Assembly: GCA_014297435.1 (NCBI GenBank)
Contig: JACOQA010000004.1
Span: 76,180-140,179 of the forward strand
Origin: Candidatus Nanohaloarchaea archaeon
GTDB lineage: Archaea; Nanohalarchaeota; Nanosalinia; Nanosalinales; Nanosalinaceae
Reading direction: 5' to 3'
Length of the DNA stretch: 64,000 bases
The notes below the pieces were generated by a model, which was not told where the DNA came from, made no database searches, and was given only the letters and a program-made list of their open reading frames with translations. Positions 29,923 through 39,894 of this stretch are shown piece after piece. The position numbers and the translations under genes are program-made. Position 1 is the first letter of the stretch; each line of letters starts with the position of its first letter.

Positions 29923-32634
29923 ATGAAGTATTCAAAACTAGTTGAAAAATACAAGCAGCTTGAGGAAACACAGTCCACACTCGACAAAACAGATATTCTA
30001 GCAGAACTCTATTCCGAGAACCCGGAAAACCTGGAATCTTTGGTGCTTCTATCTATGGGAAGACCTTTTCCTGACTGGAAGGACCTAGATCTCGGTATCT
30101 CAAGCAAGACCATGGTAGATATAATTAAAGAGGCGACAGGAAGATCGGAGGATGAGATAGAAAGTGTCTGGAAAGAAAAAGGCGATCTTGGAGTTGCCGC
30201 TGAAAAAATGGTGGAGAAAAAAACCCAGCGGCGTCTGATGACCAAAGAATTAACGGTTGAACGCGTGATGGATAAACTGGAGAAAGTGGCAACAATGGGC
30301 GAAGGTGGAGGCGAAACGGGCAGCGTTTCGATGGCTACGAAGAAGAAAGAAGTAGCAGATCTAGTTTCATCCGCAGAACCTGAAGAGGCTAAATGGGTGA
30401 CCAGAATATTCCTTCAGAACCTCCGGCTTGGAGTAGCAGAAGGACTTGTTCGAGACGCATTAGCTGAAGCATTTTTCGATGGCAAAAACACCGATATAAT
30501 CCAGCACGCATACGACCTGACCAACGACTTCACCGAGGTAGCGAAAGCCTGCACTGAAGGGGTCGAAGCGCTCGAAGAACTGGAGATAGAGGTCTTCAGA
30601 CCTATCAACTCGATGCTGGCGAAGAAAGTTGATACTATCGAAGAAGGTTTCGAATCTGTAGGCGAACCTGCCGCAATCGACTACAAATACGATGGCATGA
30701 GATGTATCTCAGGTTATACTCCGATATACGTAAAGGATAAAGGGATCGTGTCTGTACGCGATGTCAAGAAAGGCGATAAGGTTTTAACACATAAAGGGCG
30801 GTTTAAGAAGGTTGAAGCAAAAAGCAAACGTCAAATAGACAGTGACGAAGATGTTTTCCGATTCTCAAGTTATCTCGGCAACGACTTCAAAATCACGGAA
30901 GGTCACGAAATTCTAACAGATGAAGGCTGGATAAACGTTGAAGACCTGGAAAATGAGAGACTTGTTTTTCCCATACCCGACATAGAAGTTGATACCGACA
31001 AGCCTTCAGATCTCAACTTGAAAAGAAATGGCGGCTACAAAAAGAAGATAGAATTGACGCCCGAAGTATGGAAAATAATAGGTTTCTGGGTCGGAGATGG
31101 ATATTCAAACAAAGCAAACGGAAACCAAAGAATAGGCCTAGTATTCAACGAAGAGGAAAAGGAACGATTCCAAGAATATCGGGAATTAGTGAAAAATAAT
31201 CTTAAAATTCCCGAGAACGAACTCAGAACACATTCTCACAACGACGGCAAGACCCTCTACTGGACTGACCCGCCTTTCCTAAGGTGGATGTCAAAGAACT
31301 TTAGAAAACAAGATCAGAGCGGCTGGAAAGATAAACGGGCGCCCGAATGGTTCTGGAAGCTCACAGAAGAAGAATTCAGAAGTTTCTTAGACGGTTGGAT
31401 TGAAGCAGACGGCCAAAAAGACGAGAAAGGAAAATGGAAGAACGTTACAACTAAAGAAAGATCTCTAGCAACAAAAGCCCAACTTATCGCTTCAAAACAC
31501 GGCATAAAATCCGGTATTCGAAAACTAAGAATAGATGGAAGTACCTATTATCGCCTAGTTTTCACCGTATCAAACAAGCATGTGGAAATCGACGGAAATA
31601 AAATGAAATTGAGAATTCTAAAGAAAGAGAGACTTTCGCGTAACTCCCCTAAAGAAGTAGATCCTCGACAGAAAGTATATAATCTTCAGGTAACCGACGA
31701 TGAAAGTTACTGCACCACCACTGTTGCACTACATAACTGTCAGATACATAAGAAAAAGGATGAAGTGAAGCTATTCACTAGAAGGCTTGAGGATGTCACT
31801 AAACAGTTCCCGGATGTTGTAGAGGCGGTTAAGAACAATATTGATGCCGAAAAATGTATTATAGATACCGAGATCTTGGCCTACGATCCTGATACAGGTT
31901 CTACGATCCCGTTCCAGAAGCTTTCGAAACGTATCAAGAGAAAATACGATATCCAGAAACTGAAAAAGGAGATACCTGTAGAGGTAAGACCTTTCGATGT
32001 TATCTACCTAGAAGGTTCGATGCTTGAGGAGAACTATAGTGAGAGATGGTCGAAGCTCGGAGAAATTGTGGAAGAGGAGAAACAGGAGTTGAGACTGGTA
32101 GACCACTTTGAAACCTCTGAGGAAGAAAGAGTCCAGGAACTTCAACAGAAAGCTCTGTCTGAAGGTCATGAGGGTATAATGATGAAAGCTTTAGATGCCA
32201 GATACAAACCCGGTAACCGTGTCGGATACATGGTTAAGTTGAAGCCTGTCATGGAGACACTGGATCTTGCGATTATCGGTGCGAAGTGGGGCGAAGGTCG
32301 ACGTAGCGGCTGGCTTTCCCGATTGAAACTTGGTTGCTGGGACGATAAGTCAGGCGAATATAAGATGGTTGGACGTATGGCCACAGGTCTAACTGATGAG
32401 CAATTGGAAGAGATAACTGAGAAACTTGAACCTTTGATTGTAAGCGAGGATGGACGAGATGTTGACGTAAGACCTGAAGTTATCGTGGAGGCGGAGTACG
32501 AGGAGATACAGAAAAGTCCTAACTATTCTTCAGGTTACGCCTTGAGATTTCCACGTATGAAGCAGTTCCGGGATGATAAGGAAAACGCCGACTCACGTGA
32601 AAAAGTGGTTAATCTGTACGAGGATCAAAATTAA
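29923..32634 (+). CDS. lig: ATP-dependent DNA ligase containing an intein
   Basis: KYDGMR (motif I) interrupted by the intein, then EGIMMK, Y.PG.R, KLK, ALRFPR. Confidence 0.97.
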   Translation: MKYSKLVEKYKQLEETQSTLDKTDILAELYSENPENLESLVLLSMGRPFPDWKDLDLGISSKTMVDIIKEATGRSEDEIESVWKEKGDLGVAAEKMVEKKTQRRLMTKELTVERVMDKLEKVATMGEGGGETGSVSMATKKKEVADLVSSAEPEEAKWVTRIFLQNLRLGVAEGLVRDALAEAFFDGKNTDIIQHAYDLTNDFTEVAKACTEGVEALEELEIEVFRPINSMLAKKVDTIEEGFESVGEPAAIDYKYDGMRCISGYTPIYVKDKGIVSVRDVKKGDKVLTHKGRFKKVEAKSKRQIDSDEDVFRFSSYLGNDFKITEGHEILTDEGWINVEDLENERLVFPIPDIEVDTDKPSDLNLKRNGGYKKKIELTPEVWKIIGFWVGDGYSNKANGNQRIGLVFNEEEKERFQEYRELVKNNLKIPENELRTHSHNDGKTLYWTDPPFLRWMSKNFRKQDQSGWKDKRAPEWFWKLTEEEFRSFLDGWIEADGQKDEKGKWKNVTTKERSLATKAQLIASKHGIKSGIRKLRIDGSTYYRLVFTVSNKHVEIDGNKMKLRILKKERLSRNSPKEVDPRQKVYNLQVTDDESYCTTTVALHNCQIHKKKDEVKLFTRRLEDVTKQFPDVVEAVKNNIDAEKCIIDTEILAYDPDTGSTIPFQKLSKRIKRKYDIQKLKKEIPVEVRPFDVIYLEGSMLEENYSERWSKLGEIVEEEKQELRLVDHFETSEEERVQELQQKALSEGHEGIMMKALDARYKPGNRVGYMVKLKPVMETLDLAIIGAKWGEGRRSGWLSRLKLGCWDDKSGEYKMVGRMATGLTDEQLEEITEKLEPLIVSEDGRDVDVRPEVIVEAEYEEIQKSPNYSSGYALRFPRMKQFRDDKENADSREKVVNLYEDQN
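30703..31737 (+). mobile_element. Intein (345 aa) with LAGLIDADG homing endonuclease
   Basis: Starts CISGYT; block B TEGH; IIGFWVGDG and FLDGWIEADG; ends VYNLQV...VALHN followed by +1 Cys. Confidence 0.95.
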
Positions 32635-32657
32635 AGAAAAAAGGTAGAAATGGGTTT

Positions 32658-33023
32658 TTAGTCGTGTTTCTGTGCTTTGTGAATGCTTAGTCCTCTCGAA
32701 GTGTCGAAAGTTCTTCCACATTCTTCACAGGTATGTCCTTCCTGTTCTACAGCTTCCTTGACCTGTTCCTGCGTCTGTTCAACTGAGGAACTTGTGTCTT
32801 CTTCGGTCTGGAACTGCTGCTGGAGACCTTCTCTGCTGTCCTTCTCTTTCCTCATCTTCCACTCATCGCTTTCAAGCCAGACTACAAACGCTCCTACAAG
32901 TACTAGAAGCGGTCCAATTCCTGCCTGGACTAGATTTACGAGTTGTTCGAAGTAGGTTACTGAGGAGAAGACTCCTACGATAACCATTACGGCTCCAATC
33001 AGAATCTTTAATGCCGGATTCAT
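32658..33023 (-). CDS. Two-TM protein with C-terminal C2H2 zinc finger
   Basis: Two TMs, then CEECGRTFDTSRGLSIHKAQKH. Confidence 0.8.
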   Translation of the reverse strand: MNPALKILIGAVMVIVGVFSSVTYFEQLVNLVQAGIGPLLVLVGAFVVWLESDEWKMRKEKDSREGLQQQFQTEEDTSSSVEQTQEQVKEAVEQEGHTCEECGRTFDTSRGLSIHKAQKHD

Positions 33024-33058
33024 AGTATCACAGAGGAATAATAACACATCGATGTTTT

Positions 33059-33634
33059 ATGTGTTTCGGCTCCCCAGTACTCAATATGCTCCGGAAAACA
33101 ATCACTCTTGTCACAAGTAACGAGGACAAGCTTGAATCCTTCAGGAATGCCTCTAAAAATACCGAGATAAATTTTGAGAGAAAAAATATCGACTACCCGG
33201 AAGACCATGACTCGAATTCAACGTCAGAGATAGCAGAGAAAGGCGCAAACCACTGCTTCGAAAAACTTGGGGAACCCGTAATAGTGACGGATATAGGCTT
33301 ATTTATCGACTCGCTGAACGGTTTCCCGGGCGTCAACACAAGTTTTGTCCTTGATACAATCGGAAATCAGGGGCTCCTCAAACTTCTTGAAAACGAGGAA
33401 AACAGGAACGCAGAGGTCAAACTATCCATAGGATACTGCGACAAAGAGAGGAACTTTTCAGTAACAGCCTCAACCAAAGGAACGATCACGGAGAAACAGA
33501 GAGGTGAAGGATTTGGTTTCGATCCAGTATTCAGACCAAAAGGTTTCGATAAGACGTTCGGAGAGGATCCTAAGATGCGGGACAGAGAGTCTCCGAGAAA
33601 GGATGCGATAGAAAAGTTTCTGAAAAAACTTTAG
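33059..33634 (+). CDS. Non-canonical purine NTP pyrophosphatase (HAM1/RdgB family)
   Basis: TSNEDK, D.GLFIDSLNGFPG, GFGFDPVF. True start probably MLRKT. Confidence 0.92.
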   Translation: MCFGSPVLNMLRKTITLVTSNEDKLESFRNASKNTEINFERKNIDYPEDHDSNSTSEIAEKGANHCFEKLGEPVIVTDIGLFIDSLNGFPGVNTSFVLDTIGNQGLLKLLENEENRNAEVKLSIGYCDKERNFSVTASTKGTITEKQRGEGFGFDPVFRPKGFDKTFGEDPKMRDRESPRKDAIEKFLKKL

Positions 33635-33765
33635 ATTGCTTGTATGGAACCATTTTCGGAAGGTTTCTGAAGGGAGGTAGTTCCATACATAGGCTTCACT
33701 AGCAGGTGCAAGCGCCACCGTTTATAATATTTTGCTTCTTCATAAAGACTACGAGGTTATCAAAA

Positions 33766-34341
33766 GTGGGATACTACGAGTACGCTAAGGACCAGTACGA
33801 GCAGCCTAAGGAGAATCTTGATGAACTCTGGCAGCAGCGTCTGGTCGAATGGAGGCAGCAAGACTCAATCATAAGTGTCGAAAACCCGACGAGACTTCCA
33901 AAAGCAAGAGAACTCGGCTACAAAGCAAAGAAAGGTTTCAACACCGCCCGAGTAAAAGTAAAGAAGGGGGCTACAAAGAGGAAAAGACCTGCAGGCGGAA
34001 GAAGCCCAAGAAGATCCGGTCAGAGCCGTTACAGCTCCAAAAAATCGAAGCAGGTAATTGCAGAGCAGAGGGCTGCTAAGAAGTTCTCCAACCTTGAAGT
34101 ACTCAACTCCTATTGGGTATGTGAGGACGGAAACTACAAATGGTATGAGATCATCATGGTCGACCCTGAAAGACCTGAGATCCAGAACGATGACGACATC
34201 AACTGGATCTGCGATCAGGAAAACAGAGCTGAGAGAGGCGTAACACCAGCAGCCAAGAAGTCCAGAGGACTTCAGAACAAAGGGACCGGCGCAGAGAAGG
34301 TAAGACCTTCGATCTCCAGCAACAAGGACAAAGGGAAATAA
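33766..34341 (+). CDS. rpl15e: 50S ribosomal protein L15e
   Basis: PTRLPKARELGYKAKKG, LEVLNSYWV.EDG.YKWYE. GTG start after GAGGT. Confidence 0.97.
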   Translation: MGYYEYAKDQYEQPKENLDELWQQRLVEWRQQDSIISVENPTRLPKARELGYKAKKGFNTARVKVKKGATKRKRPAGGRSPRRSGQSRYSSKKSKQVIAEQRAAKKFSNLEVLNSYWVCEDGNYKWYEIIMVDPERPEIQNDDDINWICDQENRAERGVTPAAKKSRGLQNKGTGAEKVRPSISSNKDKGK

Positions 34342-34395
34342 ATTCTCCTCCTTCTTTCTTAAAACGTTAAATTCTTCCTTCAAGATCTTTCTTAT

Positions 34396-35013
34396 ATGAC
34401 AAACTACTACGAAACCTGTTTGAGAGAAACTTCAGACGAGATTAAGCAGAAGACCTCAGATTTAGGCTGGGAGTCAACTAACTGCGACTACGAAACAGTT
34501 TTTCTTGAAGCCGAGAATTGGGGAGAACTGAAACGAAAAATTGACCGGAACCGTGGAGACGCCGACATACTAGTGTTCAAGGGCGGCGACGAACAGCTTA
34601 ACCGTAAAGCCGCTGAGTCCTCGAGAATTGACGTTCTACTTCATCCCGAAAAAGGCAGAAAGGATTCAGGTATCGATCATGTAGTGGCTGAGAAAGCTGC
34701 AGATAATCATGTAGCTATAGGATTTGATCTAAAGCAGTTACTGGAGAAGGAAGGAAAGCACCGTTCTTTTGTTTTGAAGCACTGGCGCAGGAACCTGAAG
34801 CTGTGCGAAAAATACGGAACACCTTATGTAATTACATCTGGAGCCAGCGAAAAACTGGATTTGAGAGCTCCAAGAGATCTTAAAGCTATAATAGACTCTC
34901 TGGGTTTCGAAGGACGTAAGTCAGTATCTGATTATCCTAAGAGAATACTTGAAAGATCCGAGAATGTTGAAAGTCAGGTTCGGTCTGGAGTAGAGGAGGT
35001 CGATAGAGAATGA
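34396..35013 (+). CDS. rnp3: RNase P protein component 3 (Rpp30)
   Basis: GG...NRKA, DHVVA..AA...VAI, SGA....LRAPRDL; conserved synteny with rpl15e. Confidence 0.92.
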   Translation: MTNYYETCLRETSDEIKQKTSDLGWESTNCDYETVFLEAENWGELKRKIDRNRGDADILVFKGGDEQLNRKAAESSRIDVLLHPEKGRKDSGIDHVVAEKAADNHVAIGFDLKQLLEKEGKHRSFVLKHWRRNLKLCEKYGTPYVITSGASEKLDLRAPRDLKAIIDSLGFEGRKSVSDYPKRILERSENVESQVRSGVEEVDRE

Positions 35014-35342
35014 AAAGGCTTCCTCCTTCGATTAGACAAAAAAAGAGGTATGTAAGATTCAATATTCACTCAGAATCAAATTTTGATCTTGGAGAGGTTG
35101 TAGATTGTTTCTGGGACGCTGTTATTGATTTTTCTGGAGTTCAGGGAAGTTCAAAGATCGATCCATGGATTATAGGAAATACTTTTGACGAGACAAAGCA
35201 GGAGGGAGTAGTTAAAGTTCGAAGATCTGAGGTAGAGAGTTTTAGAGCCGCAATTACACTTGTTGAAAATATAGGCGGAGAAGATGCTTTTGTAGAGGTG
35301 ATTCAGGTTTCAGGCTCGCTTGATAAGGTTAAACGTAGTTGA
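35010..35342 (+). CDS. rnp2: RNase P protein component 2 (Pop5)
   Basis: LPPSIRQKKRYV...VSGSL. Confidence 0.92.
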   Translation: MKRLPPSIRQKKRYVRFNIHSESNFDLGEVVDCFWDAVIDFSGVQGSSKIDPWIIGNTFDETKQEGVVKVRRSEVESFRAAITLVENIGGEDAFVEVIQVSGSLDKVKRS

Positions 35343-35511
35343 GGATGTTGAATTTCTCTGTTATGAAGTCGATTATGCTTCCGATATCAGGAAGTTGAGG
35401 TCTGTAGAGTCCAGGAGGGTCCTGTGCGTAGACGAATACGAAGAGTACTACTACGACCAATAGAATGAAGAAGCTCAACAGAACTAAGTTTTTTCTCTGT
35501 GAGGGATTCAT
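35329..35511 (-). CDS. Small single-TM protein
   Basis: 60 aa with one strong TM; TATA upstream. Confidence 0.55.
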   Translation of the reverse strand: MNPSQRKNLVLLSFFILLVVVVLFVFVYAQDPPGLYRPQLPDIGSIIDFITEKFNILNYV

Positions 35512-35687
35512 CCGGACATTTTAAGATGTAATATCTATTTTTATACAAGTTCTGTAGGACTTGTTTCCAACTGTTTCAACACTACGGCATCCCACCTTTT
35601 AAAAGAGTTTATTTTAAATACAGATATACTTCATTTAAAAAGGCGTTATCGGTTTTCTCAGAACGCCACCCCGAGGTGAACCAAACA

Positions 35688-36251
35688 ATGAGCGAAGAAG
35701 GTTTTGACGAGGACGACGGAATAAAAATCGAGAACGTAGTTGCTTCCACCACACTAGACAGGAGGATGCCCCTCGACAGGATAGCGATCTACCTAGAAAA
35801 CACCGAATACGAACCAGAACAGTTCCCAGGACTAGTATACAGACTGGAAGAACCAAAGGCCGCAGCACTACTGTTCGGATCAGGCAAAGTTGTATGTACA
35901 GGAACACAGAGCCCGGACATGGCAAAAGAAGCCGTACACAAGATCATCGACGAACTAAGAGAAGCAGACGTCGAGATCGGAACAAAGCCAGAGATCACAG
36001 TACAGAACATGGTCGCATCATCAGAACTCGACCACACACTCAACCTGAACAGGATTGCATTCGAACTAGTCGGTACAGAGTACGAACCAGAACAGTTCCC
36101 AGGACTAGTATACAGGATCGAAGAACCAAACGTAGTATTCCTACTCTTCTCATCAGGAAGAATCGTTTGTACAGGAGGAAGAACCTACGAAGATGTCCGC
36201 AACGGCATCAACAAGCTAAAAGAGAACCTCGAGGAGATCGGGGCTCTCTAA
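35688..36251 (+). CDS. tbp: TATA-box binding protein
   Basis: Two repeats of YEPEQFPGLVYR...LF.SG..VCTG; GAGGTGA SD. Confidence 0.98.
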   Translation: MSEEGFDEDDGIKIENVVASTTLDRRMPLDRIAIYLENTEYEPEQFPGLVYRLEEPKAAALLFGSGKVVCTGTQSPDMAKEAVHKIIDELREADVEIGTKPEITVQNMVASSELDHTLNLNRIAFELVGTEYEPEQFPGLVYRIEEPNVVFLLFSSGRIVCTGGRTYEDVRNGINKLKENLEEIGAL

Positions 36252-36269
36252 AAGCAATTCTCTTTATTC

Positions 36270-36722
36270 TTAATATTTCTCTAAAGCCTTCAAGGCAGCC
36301 CTTCTAGCATTCTCCGGAATATCATCAAGCTCTTCAATCTCACTTTTAGAGAACCACTCAATATCCTCCTCACTGTACTCGTAGTCATTCACTCTTCCAG
36401 TTATCTTCCCCATGTACTGAAACTCGAGATGCCAGTGACCATCTTTAATCCTGTGAAGGTTGACGTTGAAAGGTTCCGGAAGATCAGTAGAACCATCTCC
36501 GTACTCTTCTACAGAACCGACAATACTAATTTCATGGCCAGTCTCCTCCAAAACTTCTCTTTTAGCAGTCTCCGTAGGAGTCTCGCCTTCCTCTACATGT
36601 CCGCCGGGCTGCAACCACATATCTAGCTTCTTATGATTCAATAACAAGACTCTACCGTCCTTGACAATATAGGCGCCCGCCGTGAAATCTCTGTCAGCGT
36701 CTTTAGGAACCTTCATATCCAA
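36270..36722 (-). CDS. NUDIX hydrolase
   Basis: PGGHVEEGE...AKREVLEETG. Confidence 0.94.
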   Translation of the reverse strand: MDMKVPKDADRDFTAGAYIVKDGRVLLLNHKKLDMWLQPGGHVEEGETPTETAKREVLEETGHEISIVGSVEEYGDGSTDLPEPFNVNLHRIKDGHWHLEFQYMGKITGRVNDYEYSEEDIEWFSKSEIEELDDIPENARRAALKALEKY

Positions 36723-37019
36723 TTACCAGTCAATACTCCGGACTTTTTCAGTAATCTCTTCCGCTAGCTCAATATCCTTTTCGGTTATTGCTTCCTCTTC
36801 ATGGCTCCATAGATCGATCTCTACAGCTCCATACTCAACTTTAACTTCGGGATGGTGGAAGTGGGATTCTGCGAGTGTAAATACTGTGTTTGCGAAGAAA
36901 ACAGATTTCTTGTAGTCATCGAACTCTATTCGGGTAGATAGTTTTCCGGCTTCGAGACCCCATATTTCTAGGTCTTCAAGCGCTTCTTTAAGTTCTTCAT
37001 CTTCAAGTCGTTCGGCCAT
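36723..37019 (-). CDS. Pterin-4a-carbinolamine dehydratase family protein
   Basis: AE..FHHP...LWSHE...ITEKDIELA. Confidence 0.92.
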   Translation of the reverse strand: MAERLEDEELKEALEDLEIWGLEAGKLSTRIEFDDYKKSVFFANTVFTLAESHFHHPEVKVEYGAVEIDLWSHEEEAITEKDIELAEEITEKVRSIDW

Positions 37020-37071
37020 AGCTTTTCTGGTGTAGTGAATCCTTTTCAGCTTTTCCGCCCCATATTACAAT

Positions 37072-39081
37072 ATGAGTCCGGGGGGATCAGTAGAGTACGG
37101 GGAAGCAGTCAACGAGTTCGAGGAGTTTTTCTCGGATAAATACTATGATAAGGTAGCTGACGCAGTTCAGGACGGCGAGGAATCTATCGTCGTTGACTTT
37201 ATGGAAATGGACATGTTCGAACCACGTCTAAGCGACTACCTGAGAGAAGATCCGGAATCCGCAATTAATGCTGCCGAAGAAGGTGTTCTAGGCGTAGATA
37301 TTGTTTCAGACGAAGATTTCAAGGTACGTTTTACCAACATGCCGGAAGAAGATTTTGTCCTACTCAGGAACCTCCGTTCCAAACACATAGGAAAGTACAT
37401 TCCTATCGAAGGGATGATCAAGAGAGCTTCCCAAGTCAAACCGGAAGTTGTATCCGCTATATTCGAGTGCGCGCAATGCGGCGACCGGTACGAGAAAGAA
37501 CAGGATTCTTCAGAGCTGAAAAGCCCTTACAAATGTGACTGCGGGTCCAGAAAGTTTGAAACAGTCGAAAAAAGGATGACGGACACACAGACAATAACTG
37601 TAGAAGAGAACCCAGAGTCAAGAGAAGGTTCTGAACAGCCTTCCACACTTCAGATAAGATTGGAAGGAGATCTTGTGGATCCTGACTTCCAGAAAAAAGT
37701 TGTACCTGGTAACGTCGCAGAAATAACCGGCGTTGTAAAAGAAAGACCGTTGAAGAAGAACTCGAAGAAGTTCGATATCTACATGGAAGGAAACTACCTC
37801 GAACCAACACAGCAGGAGTTCGAAGAGCTTACTCTTAACGACGAGGAGCGGGAGAAAATCGAGGAGATGGCGGAAGACCCCGAAATATTTGATAAAATAG
37901 CGCGTTCGATCGCTCCCTCAATCTACGGTCACCAACAGATCAAGAAAGCTATTGCATTACAGATCTTTGGAGGAGTAAAGAAGACTAGAGAAGACGGAGT
38001 CAAATCTAGAGGCGATATACACATGCTCCTAATTGGAGAGCCTGGTACAGGCAAATCTCAGATGCTTAAGTTTACAGGAGAGCTTGCGCCGAAAGGACGT
38101 TACGTTGTAGGTAAATCAAGCACCGGAGCCGGCTTGACTGCCGCAGTTGTGAGAGATGAGACTACGGGAGAGTTCGAGCTTGAGGCAGGAGCCGTTGTCT
38201 TAGCGAACAAAGGTACCGCGGTTATTGACGAGATTGATAAGATGTCAGAGGAGGATCGTTCCAGCCTTCACGAGGCGATGGAGCAGCAGCAGATCTCCGT
38301 TTCGAAAGCAAATATCCAGGCGACCTTAAATGCTCAGACCTCTATCTTGGCGGCCGGAAACCCTAAGTTCGGGCGTTTCGATCCTTACGAACCGATTCCA
38401 CAGCAGATTGAGATTGGGGACACTCTACTCTCTCGTTTCGACTTCATCTTCCCGGTTAAGGACGAACCGGATGAGTCGAAGGACACGAAGCTTTCCTCAC
38501 AAGTTTTAAAGAATCATATTGATCCTGAGGAGACTGATGCAGAGATACATCAGGAAAGGCTAAGGAAGTACGTTGCTTACGCAAAGAAGAACTACAAGCC
38601 TGACTTGACTCAGGCTGCGGCCGACAAGATACAGGAGTTCTACGTATCGATGAGACAGAAAGGCGGAAATGAGGCAGGCGACTCCGTCCCGGTTACGGCA
38701 AGACAGCTTGAAGCTCTTGTCCGTGTCGCCGAGGCGTCAGCACGAGCCGAGTTGAAGGAAGAAGTTGAGGTGGAAGATGCCGAGAGAGCTATCGACATAC
38801 TGACCTACTGTTTAGAACAGGTAGGAGTTGACCCTGAGACAGGCGAGTTTGACGCCGACATTATCGAGACCGGCACCTCCTCAAGCCAGAGAAACCGTGC
38901 TCAGACAATCAAGCACATTTTGAAGCAGATGGCGGGTGAAAGCTCTGTGGAACTAGAAGAAGTTCTGGACGAGGCAGAGGAGGAAGGACTTGATAGAGAT
39001 AAGACTGAGCAGCGGATTAAACAGTTGATGCGGGACGGCGAAGTGTTCGAGCCTGAGCCCGGAAAGGTCAAGATGATGTAG
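37072..39081 (+). CDS. mcm: MCM replicative helicase
   Basis: C4 Zn finger, GEPGTGKSQ, IDEIDKM, SRFD, ARQLEAL, C-terminal WH. Confidence 0.99.
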   Translation: MSPGGSVEYGEAVNEFEEFFSDKYYDKVADAVQDGEESIVVDFMEMDMFEPRLSDYLREDPESAINAAEEGVLGVDIVSDEDFKVRFTNMPEEDFVLLRNLRSKHIGKYIPIEGMIKRASQVKPEVVSAIFECAQCGDRYEKEQDSSELKSPYKCDCGSRKFETVEKRMTDTQTITVEENPESREGSEQPSTLQIRLEGDLVDPDFQKKVVPGNVAEITGVVKERPLKKNSKKFDIYMEGNYLEPTQQEFEELTLNDEEREKIEEMAEDPEIFDKIARSIAPSIYGHQQIKKAIALQIFGGVKKTREDGVKSRGDIHMLLIGEPGTGKSQMLKFTGELAPKGRYVVGKSSTGAGLTAAVVRDETTGEFELEAGAVVLANKGTAVIDEIDKMSEEDRSSLHEAMEQQQISVSKANIQATLNAQTSILAAGNPKFGRFDPYEPIPQQIEIGDTLLSRFDFIFPVKDEPDESKDTKLSSQVLKNHIDPEETDAEIHQERLRKYVAYAKKNYKPDLTQAAADKIQEFYVSMRQKGGNEAGDSVPVTARQLEALVRVAEASARAELKEEVEVEDAERAIDILTYCLEQVGVDPETGEFDADIIETGTSSSQRNRAQTIKHILKQMAGESSVELEEVLDEAEEEGLDRDKTEQRIKQLMRDGEVFEPEPGKVKMM

Positions 39082-39136
39082 AAACTTACCGTCGCACGTA
39101 TAAAAATTCATAAGAATATCTTAGGTACAGGATACC

Positions 39137-39883
39137 ATGCCCCAGCAGAAACGACAGACAGCGAAGCTCGCGAACGCACAAAAACTGAACTCCGGAAAAT
39201 ACTTCCAGAAAGAAGGATTCACACCTAACTACCTTCTGACACCGGAAGGACAGAGATATTCGAGAGCTAGGGTTGTGGCTACAGTTGTCGACACGTTTGT
39301 AAACGAAGACGAAACTTACGGTTCAATTACTTTAGACGATGGAACAGACACTATCCAGTTGAAGTTTTTCAACGAACTAGATGATTTAGAAGACTTCGAG
39401 GTCGGAGATGTTGTAGAAGCTGTGGGCAAAGTACGAGAGTACCAGGGACAGATCTACATGAACGCTGAGATCCTCGAAGAAAGAGACGTAGAGAAAGAGC
39501 TTCTTCACGAACTCAAGTTGAAGAAGACAACCGAGGAATGGAACCAGATTCGGGAAACAGTAAAACAGCTCAAGGAATCAGGTAAAGATCAGGAAGAGAT
39601 AGAGAAGGAGATGGCTGGAAAGCTTGATGAGGCTGAAGTTGACGCTCTACTTCAATCATTTGGAGAACAGTTCGACCAAGGAGTTTCCGACGAGGAAAGA
39701 GAGAACCTTGAAAGAGAGGTTATCGAAGCTGTAGAGAATCTTGAGGATGATGAAGGAGCCGACTACGAGGATATAGCGGATGAAGTCGATGCTCCAGAAG
39801 ACCAGCTAGAAGACACAATCAATTCGCTTCTGAGCGAGGGAACATTCTACGAACCGGAACCTGGCAAGATCAAGAAGCTTTAA
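39137..39883 (+). CDS. RPA32-like OB-fold protein with C-terminal winged helix
   Basis: ITLDDGTDTI...GKVREY OB fold; WH tail. Confidence 0.85.
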   Translation: MPQQKRQTAKLANAQKLNSGKYFQKEGFTPNYLLTPEGQRYSRARVVATVVDTFVNEDETYGSITLDDGTDTIQLKFFNELDDLEDFEVGDVVEAVGKVREYQGQIYMNAEILEERDVEKELLHELKLKKTTEEWNQIRETVKQLKESGKDQEEIEKEMAGKLDEAEVDALLQSFGEQFDQGVSDEERENLEREVIEAVENLEDDEGADYEDIADEVDAPEDQLEDTINSLLSEGTFYEPEPGKIKKL

Positions 39884-39894
39884 GGTGGAAACCG

